DNA of 64,000 bases from Eledone cirrhosa (lineage: Eukaryota). The DNA is taken from positions 36,332,001 through 36,396,000 of the forward strand of contig OZ024757.1 of NCBI GenBank assembly GCA_964016885.1. Reading direction: 5' to 3'. Positions 30,690-43,683 of the stretch are shown here, piece by piece. Each line of letters opens with the position of its first letter. The stretch's first letter is position 1. The notes under the pieces were generated by a model. The model did no database searches. It was not told the origin of the DNA and was given only the letters and a program-made list of their open reading frames with translations. A program made the translations under genes and the position numbers.

Positions 30690-31030
30690 CATGTGTCTTG
30701 GGTCGTGTATTGTGGCACTCTGTCAGTTACGCTGATGAGTATTCCTGTTGATACGATCAACAGAACAGCCTGCTCATGAAATTAACCTGCAAGTGGCTGA
30801 GCATTCCACAAACACACATACCTTTAATGCAGTTCTCAGGGAGATTCAGTGTGACAATGTGATAAGGCTGGCCTTTTGAATTACAGATGCAACTCATTTT
30901 TGCGAGCTGAGTGGACTGAAGCAATGTGAAATAAAGTGTCTTGCTCAAGGACAGAGTGCGCTGCCAGGAATCAAACTCACGATCTTATGATTGTGAGCCA
31001 AATACCCTAACCACAAAACCACACACCTTT
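30690..31030 (-). mobile_element. tRNA-derived SINE with CORE-like segment and a different 3' body
   Basis: Shares cttgagcaagacactttatttcacattgc with the 7215 family but has a distinct tail. Confidence 0.75.
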
Positions 31031-31416
31031 GTGTGTGTGTTTATGTATGTATATATATATATATATCTAGTGATGCCTCCAGCCCACACTGTAAAGTGGT
31101 CATGATGGTGACATGGCAAAAAGCACCCTAATGAGGTGGGCATTAGGAAGGGCATCCAGCTGTAGAAACCAGGCCAGAATCAGTTCTTTATGAGCAAGAC
31201 TTGGTCACCTGACCTGGCATTGCTCACAACAGGATAACTTACCTAACCCATGCTACCGTGGAATAATGGACGAGAATGATATATATATATATATATATAC
31301 GAGGTTGAGTATGGTTTGGTGTGGAAGAAATCAGCTGGAGTCCAGGCTGGCATTCAGTTTAGGTTGTTTGCTGAATGTTTAGGGACAGATTGGAGCAATA
31401 ATGGTCTTATTTACTT

Positions 31417-31450
<34 letters not shown>

Positions 31451-31453
31451 AGA

Positions 31454-31574
31454 AATAGGAAAAAGTATGACCCCGAAGGCAGAGCTCAAGCCGTTTCGAT
31501 GGCTATTTCTGGACTCCAGAAATAGCCGTCGAAATGGCTTGAGCTCTGCCGTCGGGGTCAAGCATTTTCCTATT
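31454..31574. repeat. Near-perfect palindrome (~60-bp arms, axis 31514) of a hammerhead 3' half
   Basis: Right arm reads stem II strand-GAAA tggc...gccg TC-ggggtca; left arm is its reverse complement; no CUGANGA present. Confidence 0.85.
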
Positions 31575-31650
31575 ACCCACTCTACTACCCTAAGTATTGA
31601 TTACTCTGGTGCGTTATGGTCCATCTGGTTTCTTACCACAACTCCTTCGT

Positions 31651-31681
<31 letters not shown>

Positions 31682-32168
31682 CCACACACACAAATTATGA
31701 ATCAAAACATAACAGATAGGTTTAGAATTTTTTGTTTCTCAATAAGTAAGCTCAATAGACTTTATCTAGAACCATAACCACATTAAAAGATATATGTTGA
31801 TGATCGATTACATAGATCGATTTTTATCCATACCCTCCAGGTATGAAATAGCACTATAAGGTTTCACTTAAGATTCCACCTGTGTACATATTCTTCTATA
31901 GAATATGTATTTGGTATATATACAATATACTGTGTTTCATTTACATTTTCTCTCTCTATATAAACATATATCTTTTAATTTGGTTTTATATATATAAATT
32001 TTGAGTATATGTTGGTTGTTTACTGACACCTCAGTATGCAGATTGGAGCACTTGATGAATCCAGTTCCTCAGAGAAATAACAATAAACCAGCAGCTGGAC
32101 ATATTGATGTATTGACAGAGTAAAACACTTCAACAACATGTGTACCTGTCTTTCCCACACCAATTCGG

Positions 32169-32223
32169 ACTGCCTGAAGAGGTCACAGCCAATGATGGCT
32201 GTCACCGAAATATATATAGCAGT
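32169..32223 (+). ncRNA. Minimal type I hammerhead ribozyme motif, intact core
   Basis: actgc-CTGAAGA-ggtcacagcc aatgat ggctgtcacc-GAAA tatata TA-gcagt; 5-bp stem I, 9 of 10 bp stem II with G-C at the base, palindromic stem III. Confidence 0.82.
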
Positions 32224-32261
32224 ATAATAAACAAAGCCAAATTTTACATATTTGACTTAAT

Positions 32262-32314
<53 letters not shown>

Positions 32315-32941
32315 TCATCAGTGTTTAACATCAATTTTTCCACACTAGCATGGGTTAGAAATTTTCTGTTGTGTAACAAGATCAGATAGCCATGTCTTGC
32401 TCACACAGAACTGTTTGTGGCTTGGTTTCTATGGCTGGATACCCTTCCAAACATCAGCCCCATTTACAGTGTGGACTGGGTTGCAAGAATTCAGGTGTGT
32501 GTGTATATAACAACACAGGTGCCAAGTTAAAGTGGACTTTGTGATGAACAGCATCAGCGTTATGGACATGAAAACCTCTGGACCAGGTTTGTCTCATGAC
32601 CACACCTATGTTCAGTGAATGGTAGGAGTATATATAACCATTGGTCAGTTGTGAGAGAAGAGGGGTCCCTTATCTTTTCCTTATTACAGCCACTCACACC
32701 TGTGGTCAGTTTTCTGTTGCATTTTAGTTTTCAGTGAATGAATTTTCTCATATTTTCTGTACTGCTCCTAAAACTGGTGGGTTGTGGTGTGATGTTGTGT
32801 GGTGTGGTGTAGTGCTGTGACATTGTGGTGTGGTGCTGTAACATTTTGATGTTGAGTGGTGTGGTGGTATGGTGGAGTGGGTTGTGGGGTTATATCTACT
32901 ATTACAATATCTTGGCAAAGATGAAACTTGAACATTTTTCT

Positions 32942-33210
32942 TTAACCCTTTCGTTACCATATTTGTTTGCTTTAACTTTTAACATCCTGCAATGATTTAG
33001 TAGAAAATATCTAAAAATAGATTTATCAAGTCAAATGTTTATTGTATCTTTACTAGTCGACAGATTGTTGTAAAAACTAGTAGTATTAGGGTAAACACTT
33101 TAATTTTTGATATGAACCTTCTGATTAGTACTTGCTAATGCTGTCTGATGTGGTACAGGATGTTAATAGTTAATGAAGAATTGATCAGGTTTGTATCAAA
33201 AAGGGCTAAT
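32942..33210. mobile_element. Decayed TTAA-CCC MITE, piggyBac-like ends (related pieces ~14581, 54795-55340, 62390-62621)
   Basis: ttaaccctttcgttaccatatt ... aaagggttaa/ctaa termini recurring across the window. Confidence 0.55.
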
Positions 33211-34163
33211 GATATTAAAAATCTTTTGTTACTATACACTTGACCCACTTCTTAAGCAGTTATTGTATTTGCTGGCCTTTTGGATGCACTTAGAAAAACA
33301 AAACAAAACAAAAAACATAAAAGTTTTTCCCTACATCCAGTATGCCCGTATCAGTGGCGGGAGTTCGAAGAGAAAGTGAGGACAATCATGGTTTTAAAAA
33401 ATTGTAGTTTGTATTAATATTAGTATTACTATACAATAGTATACAAAAGTACCAGTCATGTACTGAATAATTGCTGGCCTTGTGCCAAAAGTAGAAACAA
33501 GTATTACTATACAATAGTACAATACAATTTATATACGCAAAATGATGTAGAACTTATATAAGTTAGAGAAGACAATGAAATAATTTTTAATAAATTAATG
33601 AAGAAATTTACTAAAATTCTTTTATTCTCAAAATGTTGTTGTAAATCCAGGGGGTGTCTTATACAAAGAAATATCCAAAAGGCCAGCAAATATGGTTCCC
33701 AAACCTGTGTGTTAAACAAAATTCATATATATTCAACACTTAGTAAATGATAGTGCCTATGTATATCAATGTTTTGAAGGAGGTGGTTTCATAAATCCCT
33801 AAAATAGTGGAGTTGGTTTATATTTGAATATATATGTTATTTAAACATATTTTTGATGATGTCTGAAACACAGGTTAACAAAAAGTCCTTAAATGAATCT
33901 GATAAAATTTGTTTGTGTGAAAAATGACAGTAAAATGAAAATTGATTTAAATTTGGTTTAATCAGTTGAAATAAAAGTATTATCAGGTAAAATAACAGAA
34001 TTGATTGTAATACAAAAGGGGCATCAAAGAACTGTGTAAATTGATGCATTTTCTTTTATTCCAGTGTATAACTGGTACTTCATAATAGTAAATAGCATGA
34101 AGTGAAGCAATATCAATACTCTCTCTCTCTTTCTCTGCCTGTGTGTATGTGTCAGTGTGTATT

Positions 34164-34197
<34 letters not shown>

Positions 34198-36040
34198 AGA
34201 AGTTACATATTTATTAATTATACGTATTTCTGTGTCACCATCATGCAGCGATCTGCACCAGTGGGATGTCATCAGATATTAACACAATTATATAGGTGGT
34301 TGATATGTTTTTGGCTCATGCAACCATATTTGTGAAAGCCTTGAGACCATATGTGTGTGTGTATATATATATGTATATATATATATAATGCGATGAAATA
34401 CCAATGATGGTTGGCAAAATCACTGATGAGGGACTAATTTTATAATATGTAATCCATGTGCAACCATGCAGTATTCTTCTTCCCCTTGTTTTTCATATAT
34501 ATATATTCATTTATTGTTATTCTGTAGTTTCTCCTGGTCATCAGACAAGAACGTTCTAGAAACTCCAGAGTAACAAGACTTTAATAATAATGAACATTAA
34601 AACTCTACTTCAGTATTGAGTACTCCTCTCTCTCAGCCATCAACCACATGCATATGCACACTCACCCTCAACAAACTCCCTAAACCGAATACTAACCTCT
34701 CATGACTCCTGCCAAACCAAACTGTACTCACTCTCCAAATTTGGCAAGTCAAATGCGGCCAAGCCCTCCTCCTCCTAATCTCAGCATATATAACCTGACT
34801 GCAACAGTCACTTAATGGGGAAGACAGTCATTATCAAGCTGTGGCTGTCATATTACCTAGTTTCTATACAATAATCAGCTCTACTTCACCTCCTCCCATT
34901 GTCTCTCAATTTTAAACCCCAAGCTATCTACTTAGGTGACGTGATGCTGCGCATCAGGAAGTCTAGTTCTTACAACATAACATAAAAATCAAAAATAATA
35001 ATAAAGAAAATATCGAAGCCATTAAAGAAATAAGTGAAATGAATCCAAGATGAAAATCACAAATATGGCATCAGAAAATAAGATAACAAAAGGTGACATA
35101 AAGGCATAAACCTCAATATAAATAAAGTACCAGTAATGTACTGGGTAATTGCTGGCCTTGTGCCAAAAGTAGAAACAATTATTTATATACAAGTAAATAT
35201 AATATACACTCACGAATGCAAAACATAATTAAGATTAAATCATATATACACAAACCTACATGTACAAATAAGATCAAGCACGCTACATACATCGGTTCAT
35301 GAATGCCTCTCATCATGAACGGTGTCTCGAGTAATGAACACACAAGCCAACAACAAGTTTGGAGTATCGACAGGAAAGTGTCACTTGTGTAGTTTGTTAC
35401 TATGGTGATATCTATCTGTCTTTCACACACAATCTCTTTCTCAACATTTCTTATAGCAAAAATAGTTTTGGTGAACCAAGGTTCCACTGAAGTAGACTTA
35501 TAGTTAACAGTAACCTCTGAAAACATATTTGTGTGTCATGATAGTGATTATAGATGTAAACTAGGCAAAGTGTTTGATTTAATAAAGTTAATTAGAGAAG
35601 TTGTAGATTTCTTTTAATGACAAGGTGGTGATGAAAATGTTTTCATCACCACCTTATGGATTCTGATAATACACATTCAGGATTTTAAAAGATTCCAGCC
35701 TCTGATTATCTAATGCCAATGGTTGTCAAATAATTTTGAAAAGAATCTAGAATTTGGAGAGATTTAGTAATATAACTTATTAACCTGGTGTTTGGAACAT
35801 AACTTAACAAAGGTTCTTATATAAAATTATGTGGGTTGATATTAAAAGGTTAACTGATCACTTACCTGTCAGGTGTGCTCTATCAATACTATACAGGTGC
35901 TAAACAACCTCCATTAAATTTCTTTTTTTTTTTTCAGTATTTTTCTTTTTTGGTTTTATTCCTTTTCTTCTTCTTCTTCTTCTTCTTCCCTTCCTCTAGA
36001 GCTCGTTCACTTCAACTTCTCCAATTTCTCTCCCCTACAG

Positions 36041-36054
36041 GTTACCCACATTAA
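36041..36054 (+). CDS. Putative terminal coding exon (G)YPH-stop followed by an AT-rich 3' UTR
   Basis: Long pyrimidine tract (~35920-36040) ending ccctacag; phase-1 start reads gt tac cca cat taa, continuing the GYP motif; AATAAA at 36307 and 36991. Confidence 0.65.
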
Positions 36055-36737
36055 AACCAATATGAAGACCATGTGCTCCCAACTGAAATATTTTTAAGGG
36101 GGTCTCAGCAGTTATACTAAGACCTTTTTAAAAGAATGTCGTTCAGCTAAGACAAAAGAAAAAAAAAACATTTAAAAAAAATGGAAAAAAAGGCCCTGGC
36201 GTTATATTCAGACACTTTTTGGTTTCCTTCAACAATACAGACCTTTAAATTATTTGATTGGTTCTTAAACATATGTTCAAGTCTGAAGCACCTCTTTTCA
36301 ACCCTAAATAAAACATTAAAAAATGTGGTGGCATTAATTTTAACAGCAATGACAGTACTTGTAATAGTAGCATTAATTTTAATGATGATGATAGTACTTG
36401 TAATAATAGCATTAATATTGACAAGAGATAGCTGTACTTATAGGATTAATTTTAACAGTGACAGTATTTGTGGTAGTAGCATTAATTTTAACAGTGACAG
36501 TACTTGTGGTAGTAGGATTAATTTTAACAATAGTGACAGTATTTGTAGTAGTAGCATTGTTTTTAACAAGTGACAGAATAATAATAATAATAACAGCCAT
36601 TGATCTATATTTTGGCAGGCTTTCTTTTAAAACTCTAAAAACTTTCCTTTGAAATAGTAATAATTAAGGTTTAATATAATATAACACCAATATTGAAATA
36701 GTAATAATTAAGGTTTCATGTAATATAACAACAATAT

Positions 36738-37172
36738 GGCTTCGCCATAACATTTGACTAATTAAAATAATCTTAATAGCAGGGTGTATAAACCCACTGA
36801 ACAGAAAAAGGTCGGTTTCAGCAGACATGTGATATCCATCTTTTCCTGTTCAGTGAGTCTATGTACCCTGTTGTTAGAACTATATTATTTAGTCTTATGT
36901 TACAGCGAAGCCTTCTATTTCAATTTTCAATTCCGCTTTTTTAACATACTTCCTTTGTTTATATATCGCTATTAATTTATAGCTTTTAAAAATAAAGCTA
37001 GAAGTGTGGGTTCGACTACCATGTGTACTGATACCCATCTTTTTATGTTCAGTGGGTTTAGAAGCCCCGTTATTAGACTGTTTTATTTAGTCAATGTTGT
37101 GGCGAAGCTTCTATTTCAATTTTCAAACTTCACCATTTTCTAAACCTATTTCCTTTGTTTACATATTGCTAT
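36738..37172. repeat. Imperfect long hairpin (36738-36912) plus a second copy of its right arm and flank (~37020-37172)
   Basis: ggcttcgc...gcgaagcc closing stem; cagggtgtataaacccactgaacag pairs with ctgttcagtgagtctatgtaccctg. Confidence 0.78.
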
Positions 37173-38799
37173 TAAAGTTTAATATAACAACAATATTGAA
37201 TTAGTAATACTTAAGGTTTAATATAATATAGCAGCAATAATAACATAGTAATATCTATGATAAATTCATTATTTCTTTATTTTTATTTTTTTTTTTACAT
37301 TTATTTTTCTATATCTATTCTTTAAATTTAAACCCTTCTACCTACTGGCAGTGATTTGGTAGTGTGTTAGGGTGTGGTATTAAATGCCTCAGTATTTGTT
37401 TGTTCAACTCTGTGCTTTGAGGAATTCAAAACCTGCTGAGGTCAACTTTGCCTTTTTGTCCCAATTTGTAGGATTGATAATTAAAATACTGGATTAATGA
37501 AAGATGGTGATGAGTGAGACAGGCTGCTTTGCAGGAGATCTGATTTGGCTCTGTTGAAAAAGCCTGTCTTCTTCCACCAGTTGTTGTGTCCAGGAGAGAT
37601 AGCAATGGAAACATAGTTTCCTTGGTTCTGTCTAATGGCTGGCGTGCTCCTTCCCTCCTTTCTTTCTTACATAATGAATACATATAAAGAATGTTAAAAA
37701 AAAAAAATATCTGGAGAATATTGGAGTATTACTATAACTCCTCTATCACCGAGCAATTCCCCTCTGACAATTGCCAACATAGGACAACTGTTCTTGGATA
37801 ATTAGGTCCCCTCCACACACACACACACACACTGACAACAATTTACAATTTTAGTTCTATAATTATAGTGGTATAATAATAATAATCATGTAAATCTCAT
37901 TTAATTATTTTTGTAATTGGATAACATAAAATGTGTGAAGGCACTTAACGTAGTGGTGAGGGTGTTGGATTCACAATAGTAAGGTTGTGGGTTTGATTCC
38001 TGGATCAGAAGGTGCATTGAGTTCTTTTGCTTGTTTTATTTCATGTTGCTGTTCATGATAGAACTGGGGCTAGCTAGCCCCTATTGTTGAGAAACCTCCT
38101 ATGAGATACACTCTTGTAGGAAGCCAGCTAAACCTACATAGGTGTGAGCTGTAGTATGATAGGACTGAGACCCCTATCATTAAAACACCTGAGAAACCTC
38201 CAATGAGATACAGCTTTTTAGGAGGCCAGCTAAACCTACATAGGTGTGAGCTGTAAATATATACAATATATTTTTTCCATTTCAAATAAAACATGAAAAT
38301 AAAATCCTAATTAGTGTATATTTGTTTTTAGTATGAAAGGTTGTGGATTTGATTCCTAGACTGGCAGATTCATTATGTCCTTGAGCAAGGTATTTCTTTT
38401 CACATTGCTCCAGTCTACTCAGCTGAAACTATCACCAGCAGTAGCTGGAGGGTTTTGTGTCTAGTGGAAGGGAACATGTCCTGTATTCTCAGTATACTTA
38501 ATGCCCATAAATCTGGGATGGGCTCCAAGCTTCAACTCAAGTAAGCATGAAAAAAAAAAACCGGATTAAAAGTAACTCTGGCATATTTGTTATCCTTGTA
38601 GTTATACTTTCTTTTAATTGGGGAACTTATCACCATTTAACATCCATTTTTCCACTCTAACATAGCCAGGTAACAATTGACCAGAGGTCAGTTATCTTAT
38701 GGGTACAAATGTCCGGAGGACAGTTACAGTATGTTTTGGTTTATGAGACTATTTTTTACTTCAAATTTAATGTCAAAATCAGGCTGCATATGTGTATGT

Positions 38800-40367
38800 A
38801 TCATCATCATTTCCCTGCTTGCAACGGTGGGATGCATCCTATTCAACACAGCATCTCTCAACTTGTCATGGTCCTTCGTCATCTCCTCCATGAGCTTCAG
38901 CGATCTGAGGTCTGCTCTCACCACCCCCACCCATGTTTTTCGTGGTCTTCCTCTACTGTGTCTTCCTTCTACTGGGATTTCTTGGCACTCCTTTACCCAG
39001 CGGTCATCCTTCATGCGCATCACATGTTCATACCATCGCAGTCTTCACTCCCGCACCACAACTTATCCCTCTTATACACAGTTTTTCTCTCAACTCATCT
39101 ATGCTTGGTTGTTCACGCACATTGACATGACACTCTCAGTCCTCTTGCTTCCAACTGCTGTTTCCATAACCAGAATTTATTCTCTAGCTCCTCTACTGAT
39201 TCTGCTATAAGAACCAGATCGTCAGCATAGAGAAGTTCCCATGGGCATCCAGTCTTAAACTCCTCTGTTATGGCTTGGAGGACTATAATGAACAAGAGTG
39301 GGCTGAGGACCGAACCCTGATGTACACCGACTTGTACTTGGAATTCCTCACTAAACTCCATTCCTACCCTCACTTTGACAGCACCTCTGTACACAACTTG
39401 CATTGTCCTAACAAGCCATGCCTCTACACCTAGTTTCTTTAGGGACCACCAGATGACAGATTGGGGTATCCTATCAAAGGCCTTCTCTACATCAACAAAA
39501 GCTAAGTATAGTGGCTTATTCTTCTCTAAGAACCTCTCTTGTAATTGTCTCACGAAGAAGAGGGCATCTGTTGTACTTTTCCCAGACAAAAAACCAAACT
39601 GCATTTCATCTAAGTTGACCCTTTCTCTAATTAGTCGCACTAATATTCTTTCTATCACTTTCATAACCTGATCCATCAGTTTTAGGCCGCTATAATTGCT
39701 CCTCTCCAGAACATACCCTTTAGCTGTGTAACAATTTGAGAATACTGCTGCACCAGTCTTTGTTTAGGACACCACCATATATAGCCTGATTGATGATGTG
39801 TGCAATCAGTTTTGTACCTACTTCTCCTGATGCCTTCAGCATCTCAATCTCAGCAACTATCCCCGATGGTCCAGTGGCCTTACCATTCTTCATTTCCTTA
39901 ATTGCCTTTTGGACCCTATATTCGTCAATCTCAATAGCTGGTACCTCTGTCGGATCTACTGAAGGTAATTTCTCTCCCATTTGTTCTCCACACTCATCAG
40001 TCTCTCATGATGACACTTCTAGGCCTACTTTTTCTGATCATTAGTTACACAAAGTACAACAGCATCATTTCGGACACACTTATCTCCAACAACATCCTGA
40101 TTTACACTGACACACTGCCTTGCAATACGGAACACTGCACGTATCTGTAAATATATATCTATGTGTGGATATATATGTATATATCTTTTCATACCATCAT
40201 ATTACTTGGACAGTCGGCTTCTTGATGATTTCTCCCGAATTAAACAGTTCTAGTCTTGTAGAAGCCATTTCTATATTACAGATTTATACTCTGCTTGGTA
40301 TTGAGTACCTTACTTACTGTGGTTACCCCTGATTGAACCCAGGATAAACTTATCTTAAGTGTTTATG
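38800..40367 (-). mobile_element. Second copy of the hammerhead/RTE chimera, extending to the RTE 3' end with an internal deletion
   Basis: RT motifs in ORF 39113..39676; same junction and same aag-TAG stop as the 27390 copy; hammerhead at 40216-40266 has a mutated core (TTGATGA, TAAA). Confidence 0.88.
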
Positions 40368-40381
40368 TATGTATATATATA

Positions 40382-40412
<31 letters not shown>

Positions 40413-40429
40413 GTGTGTGTGTATATATA

Positions 40430-41283
40430 CGAGGTGTGTCAGAAAAGTTCCAGGACTGATGTCACAAAAGATTTATTTCAAACCCAAACTCCACACTAAG
40501 AGTTTTCTCCTTCAAAGTAATCCTCCTGGAGTCTAATGCACTTTTCCATCCTTTTCTGCCACGCTTGCATGCACTCCTGGAAGGATTCTTCCGGGATCCT
40601 CCACAGTTCCGTCGTCGCGGCCTTTTTGATGTCGTCCATGTCTTCAAAACAGGTCCCCACCAGGTCGTACTCGGTGATCCATGACTCATCACCTAGCAAG
40701 TCTGGTTTGGTTTCAAGACGCTCGAGGATGTCTTGGCACACTTGCATGCGTCGACTCTTCTGGTCATCATCGTTCAGCAGTTTTGGCACCATCTTCGCGC
40801 AGACTTTCCGCATGTCCAAATCTTCAGTGAGAATCTTCCAGACGCTGTCCCAATTCATGCCCAGCTCATTTGCCATCAGTCGAACAGTGATGCGCTCAGC
40901 GTTGACCTTAGTCCTGGTTGTTGCGGGCCTTCCGCTCCTGAGGTCATCTTCCACGTCATCGTGTCCTTCTTTAAACCTCTTGCACCACTCAAAAACACGT
41001 GAGCGTGACATCGTCTCATCTCCATACACTTGCTGCAGCAATCCCAGTGCTTCTGACGGAGTTTTCAAGTTTGTTCGTTGCTCTGTGCTCATTGTTTGAC
41101 GACCTGAAACAGAGGGCATGTATATAAAATTATGAAGAAAAAAGTTTGATCGCCTGAGAGAGCTAAGATTACAGTTACATACTCCAGGGGGATTACTTTG
41201 AAGGAGAAAACTCTTAGTGTGAAGTTTGGGTTTGAAATAAATCTTTTGTGACATCAGTCCTGGAACTTTTCTGACCCACCTCG
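40430..41283 (-). mobile_element. Internally deleted mariner element with ~100-bp TIRs and TA duplication; residual ORF 41092-40496
   Basis: TA-cgaggtgtgtcagaaaagttcc ... ggaactttttctgacccacctcg-TA; MSRSRVFEWCKRFKEG, RSGRP, KMVPKLL, GDESW, DYFEG motifs. Confidence 0.93.
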
Positions 41284-41761
41284 TATTTGTGTATATATAT
41301 ATGTGTATCTCTCTAGATGTATATACATGCACCTTTGATGAGTTGTAGTGCACCTGAGCACTGTACACAATAATTTCATTATTATTATTATATATATAAA
41401 TGTATATATATAGATGTATATATATGTGTATATATATAGATGTATATATAGATGTAAATATATATATGTGTATATATATATAGATGTAAATATATATATG
41501 TGTATATATGTATAGAGATGTAAACATATGCATGTATATATATATATGTATAGATGTATATATATGTATAGATGTATAATTATCTATAGATGTATATATA
41601 TATGTATATAGATGTATATGTATAGATGTGTGTATATATATGTGTAATAATGTATAGATGTATATATATATATATATATGTGTGTATATGTATAGATGTG
41701 TATATATATATATGTATACACATGCATATGTATGTATATACATGTATATATATGTATATAT

Positions 41762-42050
41762 CTTCATCATTTTACGTCCGCTTTTCCATGCTTGCAAGGG
41801 TGGGTTGGGTCTTATTCAGCACAGCATCTCTCCACTTGTCACGGTCCTTCGTCATCTCCACCGTGAGCTTCAGCGATCTGAGGTCTGTTCTCACCACCTC
41901 CGCCCATGTTTTTCGTGGTCTTCCTTCAACTGGCATTTCCTGGCACTTCTTCACCCATCGGTCATCCTCCATGCGCATCACATGTCCATACCACCTCAGT
42001 CTCCTCTCCCGTACACTACATTCTATCCCTCTTAGACACAGTTTCTCTTT
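41762..42050 (-). mobile_element. RTE LINE 3' end
   Basis: RERRLRWYGHVMRMEDDRWVKKC and (GAT)n tail. Confidence 0.9.
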
Positions 42051-42199
42051 GGACATCCTGCAGGACGAAAAACAAAACCTGTCAAAGGGCAAAGGAGCTC
42101 TTAAGAGTCAATGGCCATCCAAAATCTCCGGGAGAGATGACCCCTTAGCCTTTGTCAAGGCAGAATTCTAGAAGGAACGTAAAACAGTGATGATGATGA

Positions 42200-42216
42200 T
42201 ATATATATATAGATTG

Positions 42217-42247
<31 letters not shown>

Positions 42248-42636
42248 ATATATATATATGTGTGTATATATATATATATATGTATATATATATGTGTTTA
42301 TATATATATATATATATATATGTGTTTATATATATATATATATATGTGTTTATATATATATATATATGTGTATATATATATGTGTATATATATATATATG
42401 TGTATATATATATATATATATGTGTATATATGTATATATATATATGTGTGTATATATATATATATATATGTGTGTATATATATATATGTGTATATATATA
42501 TATATATATGTGTGTATATATATATATGTGTATATATATATATATATATGTGTGTATATATATATATATGTGTATATATATATATATATATATGTGTATA
42601 TATATATATATATATATGTGTATATATATATATATA

Positions 42637-42687
<51 letters not shown>

Positions 42688-43111
42688 ATATATATATATA
42701 TGTGTGTATATATATATATGTGTATATATATATGTGTATATATATATATGTGTATATATATATGTGTATATATATGTATATATATATATATATGTGTATA
42801 TATATGTATATATATATATATATGTGTATATATATGTATATATGTGTATATATATGTATATATATATGTATATATATATATATATGTGTATATATATGTA
42901 TATATATATGTGTATATATATATATATGTATATATATATATGTGTATATATATATATGTATATATATGTGTGTATATATATATGTGTGTATATATATATG
43001 TATATATATATGTGTGTATATATATATATATATATGTGTGTATATATATGTGTGTATATATATATATATATATGTGTATATATATGTATATATATATATG
43101 TGTATATATAT

Positions 43112-43145
<34 letters not shown>

Positions 43146-43162
43146 ATGTGTATATATATGTG

Positions 43163-43199
<37 letters not shown>

Positions 43200-43251
43200 G
43201 TATATATATATATGTATATATATATATATGTGTGTGTATGTATATATATAC
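42200..43251. repeat. (AT)n/(ATATGTGT)n microsatellite
   Basis: Read directly. Confidence 0.97.
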
Positions 43252-43680
43252 TTTTGAGCTGACTTTTGGGAGGCTCCTGTACAGCCCTGAGTTCTTCATC
43301 CTCATTGTATACTGATTAATGTTCAGCGCCATCCTCAACATTCTCGTGTATCCACCATCTGAGTGAGTTTCTTGGTCAGTGTCCAAGCCTCAGACCCGTA
43401 CAGCAGCACAGATTCCCCTACAGCAACGAAGAGACAGATATTCAGGTCTTTACGAAGGTCCGACTTCCCCACCGATCTCAAACTATGGTACGCCGCCCAG
43501 GCTTTGTTCTTCCTCGCGATAACATCTGTATTCCCAATCTTCTCTCCCAGATACAGGAAGTCCTCAACCAATTCTAGCGGCTTCCTTCCAGAAGTCAGCT
43601 CGAGAGTAGCACAGAGGAGACTGAGGTTAGCTGGACATGCTCACCGACATCCAGAGTTGACACTGCACTCAGTGCTATTT
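43252..43680. mobile_element. RTE-group LINE C-terminal fragment with an internal inversion
   Basis: Minus strand encodes DFLYLG...[13 protein letters not shown]...[10 protein letters not shown]; the adjacent plus strand encodes the downstream RRLRLAGHAHRHPEL. Confidence 0.7.
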
Positions 43681-43683
43681 GAG

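Noticed and set aside
34421-34480. Partial hammerhead-like CUGAUGA (similar at ~17760 -, 35310 -, 44760 -, 54526 +, 55840 -)
   Set aside because: GAAA box or stem I pairing missing; at best decayed remnants, so not counted.
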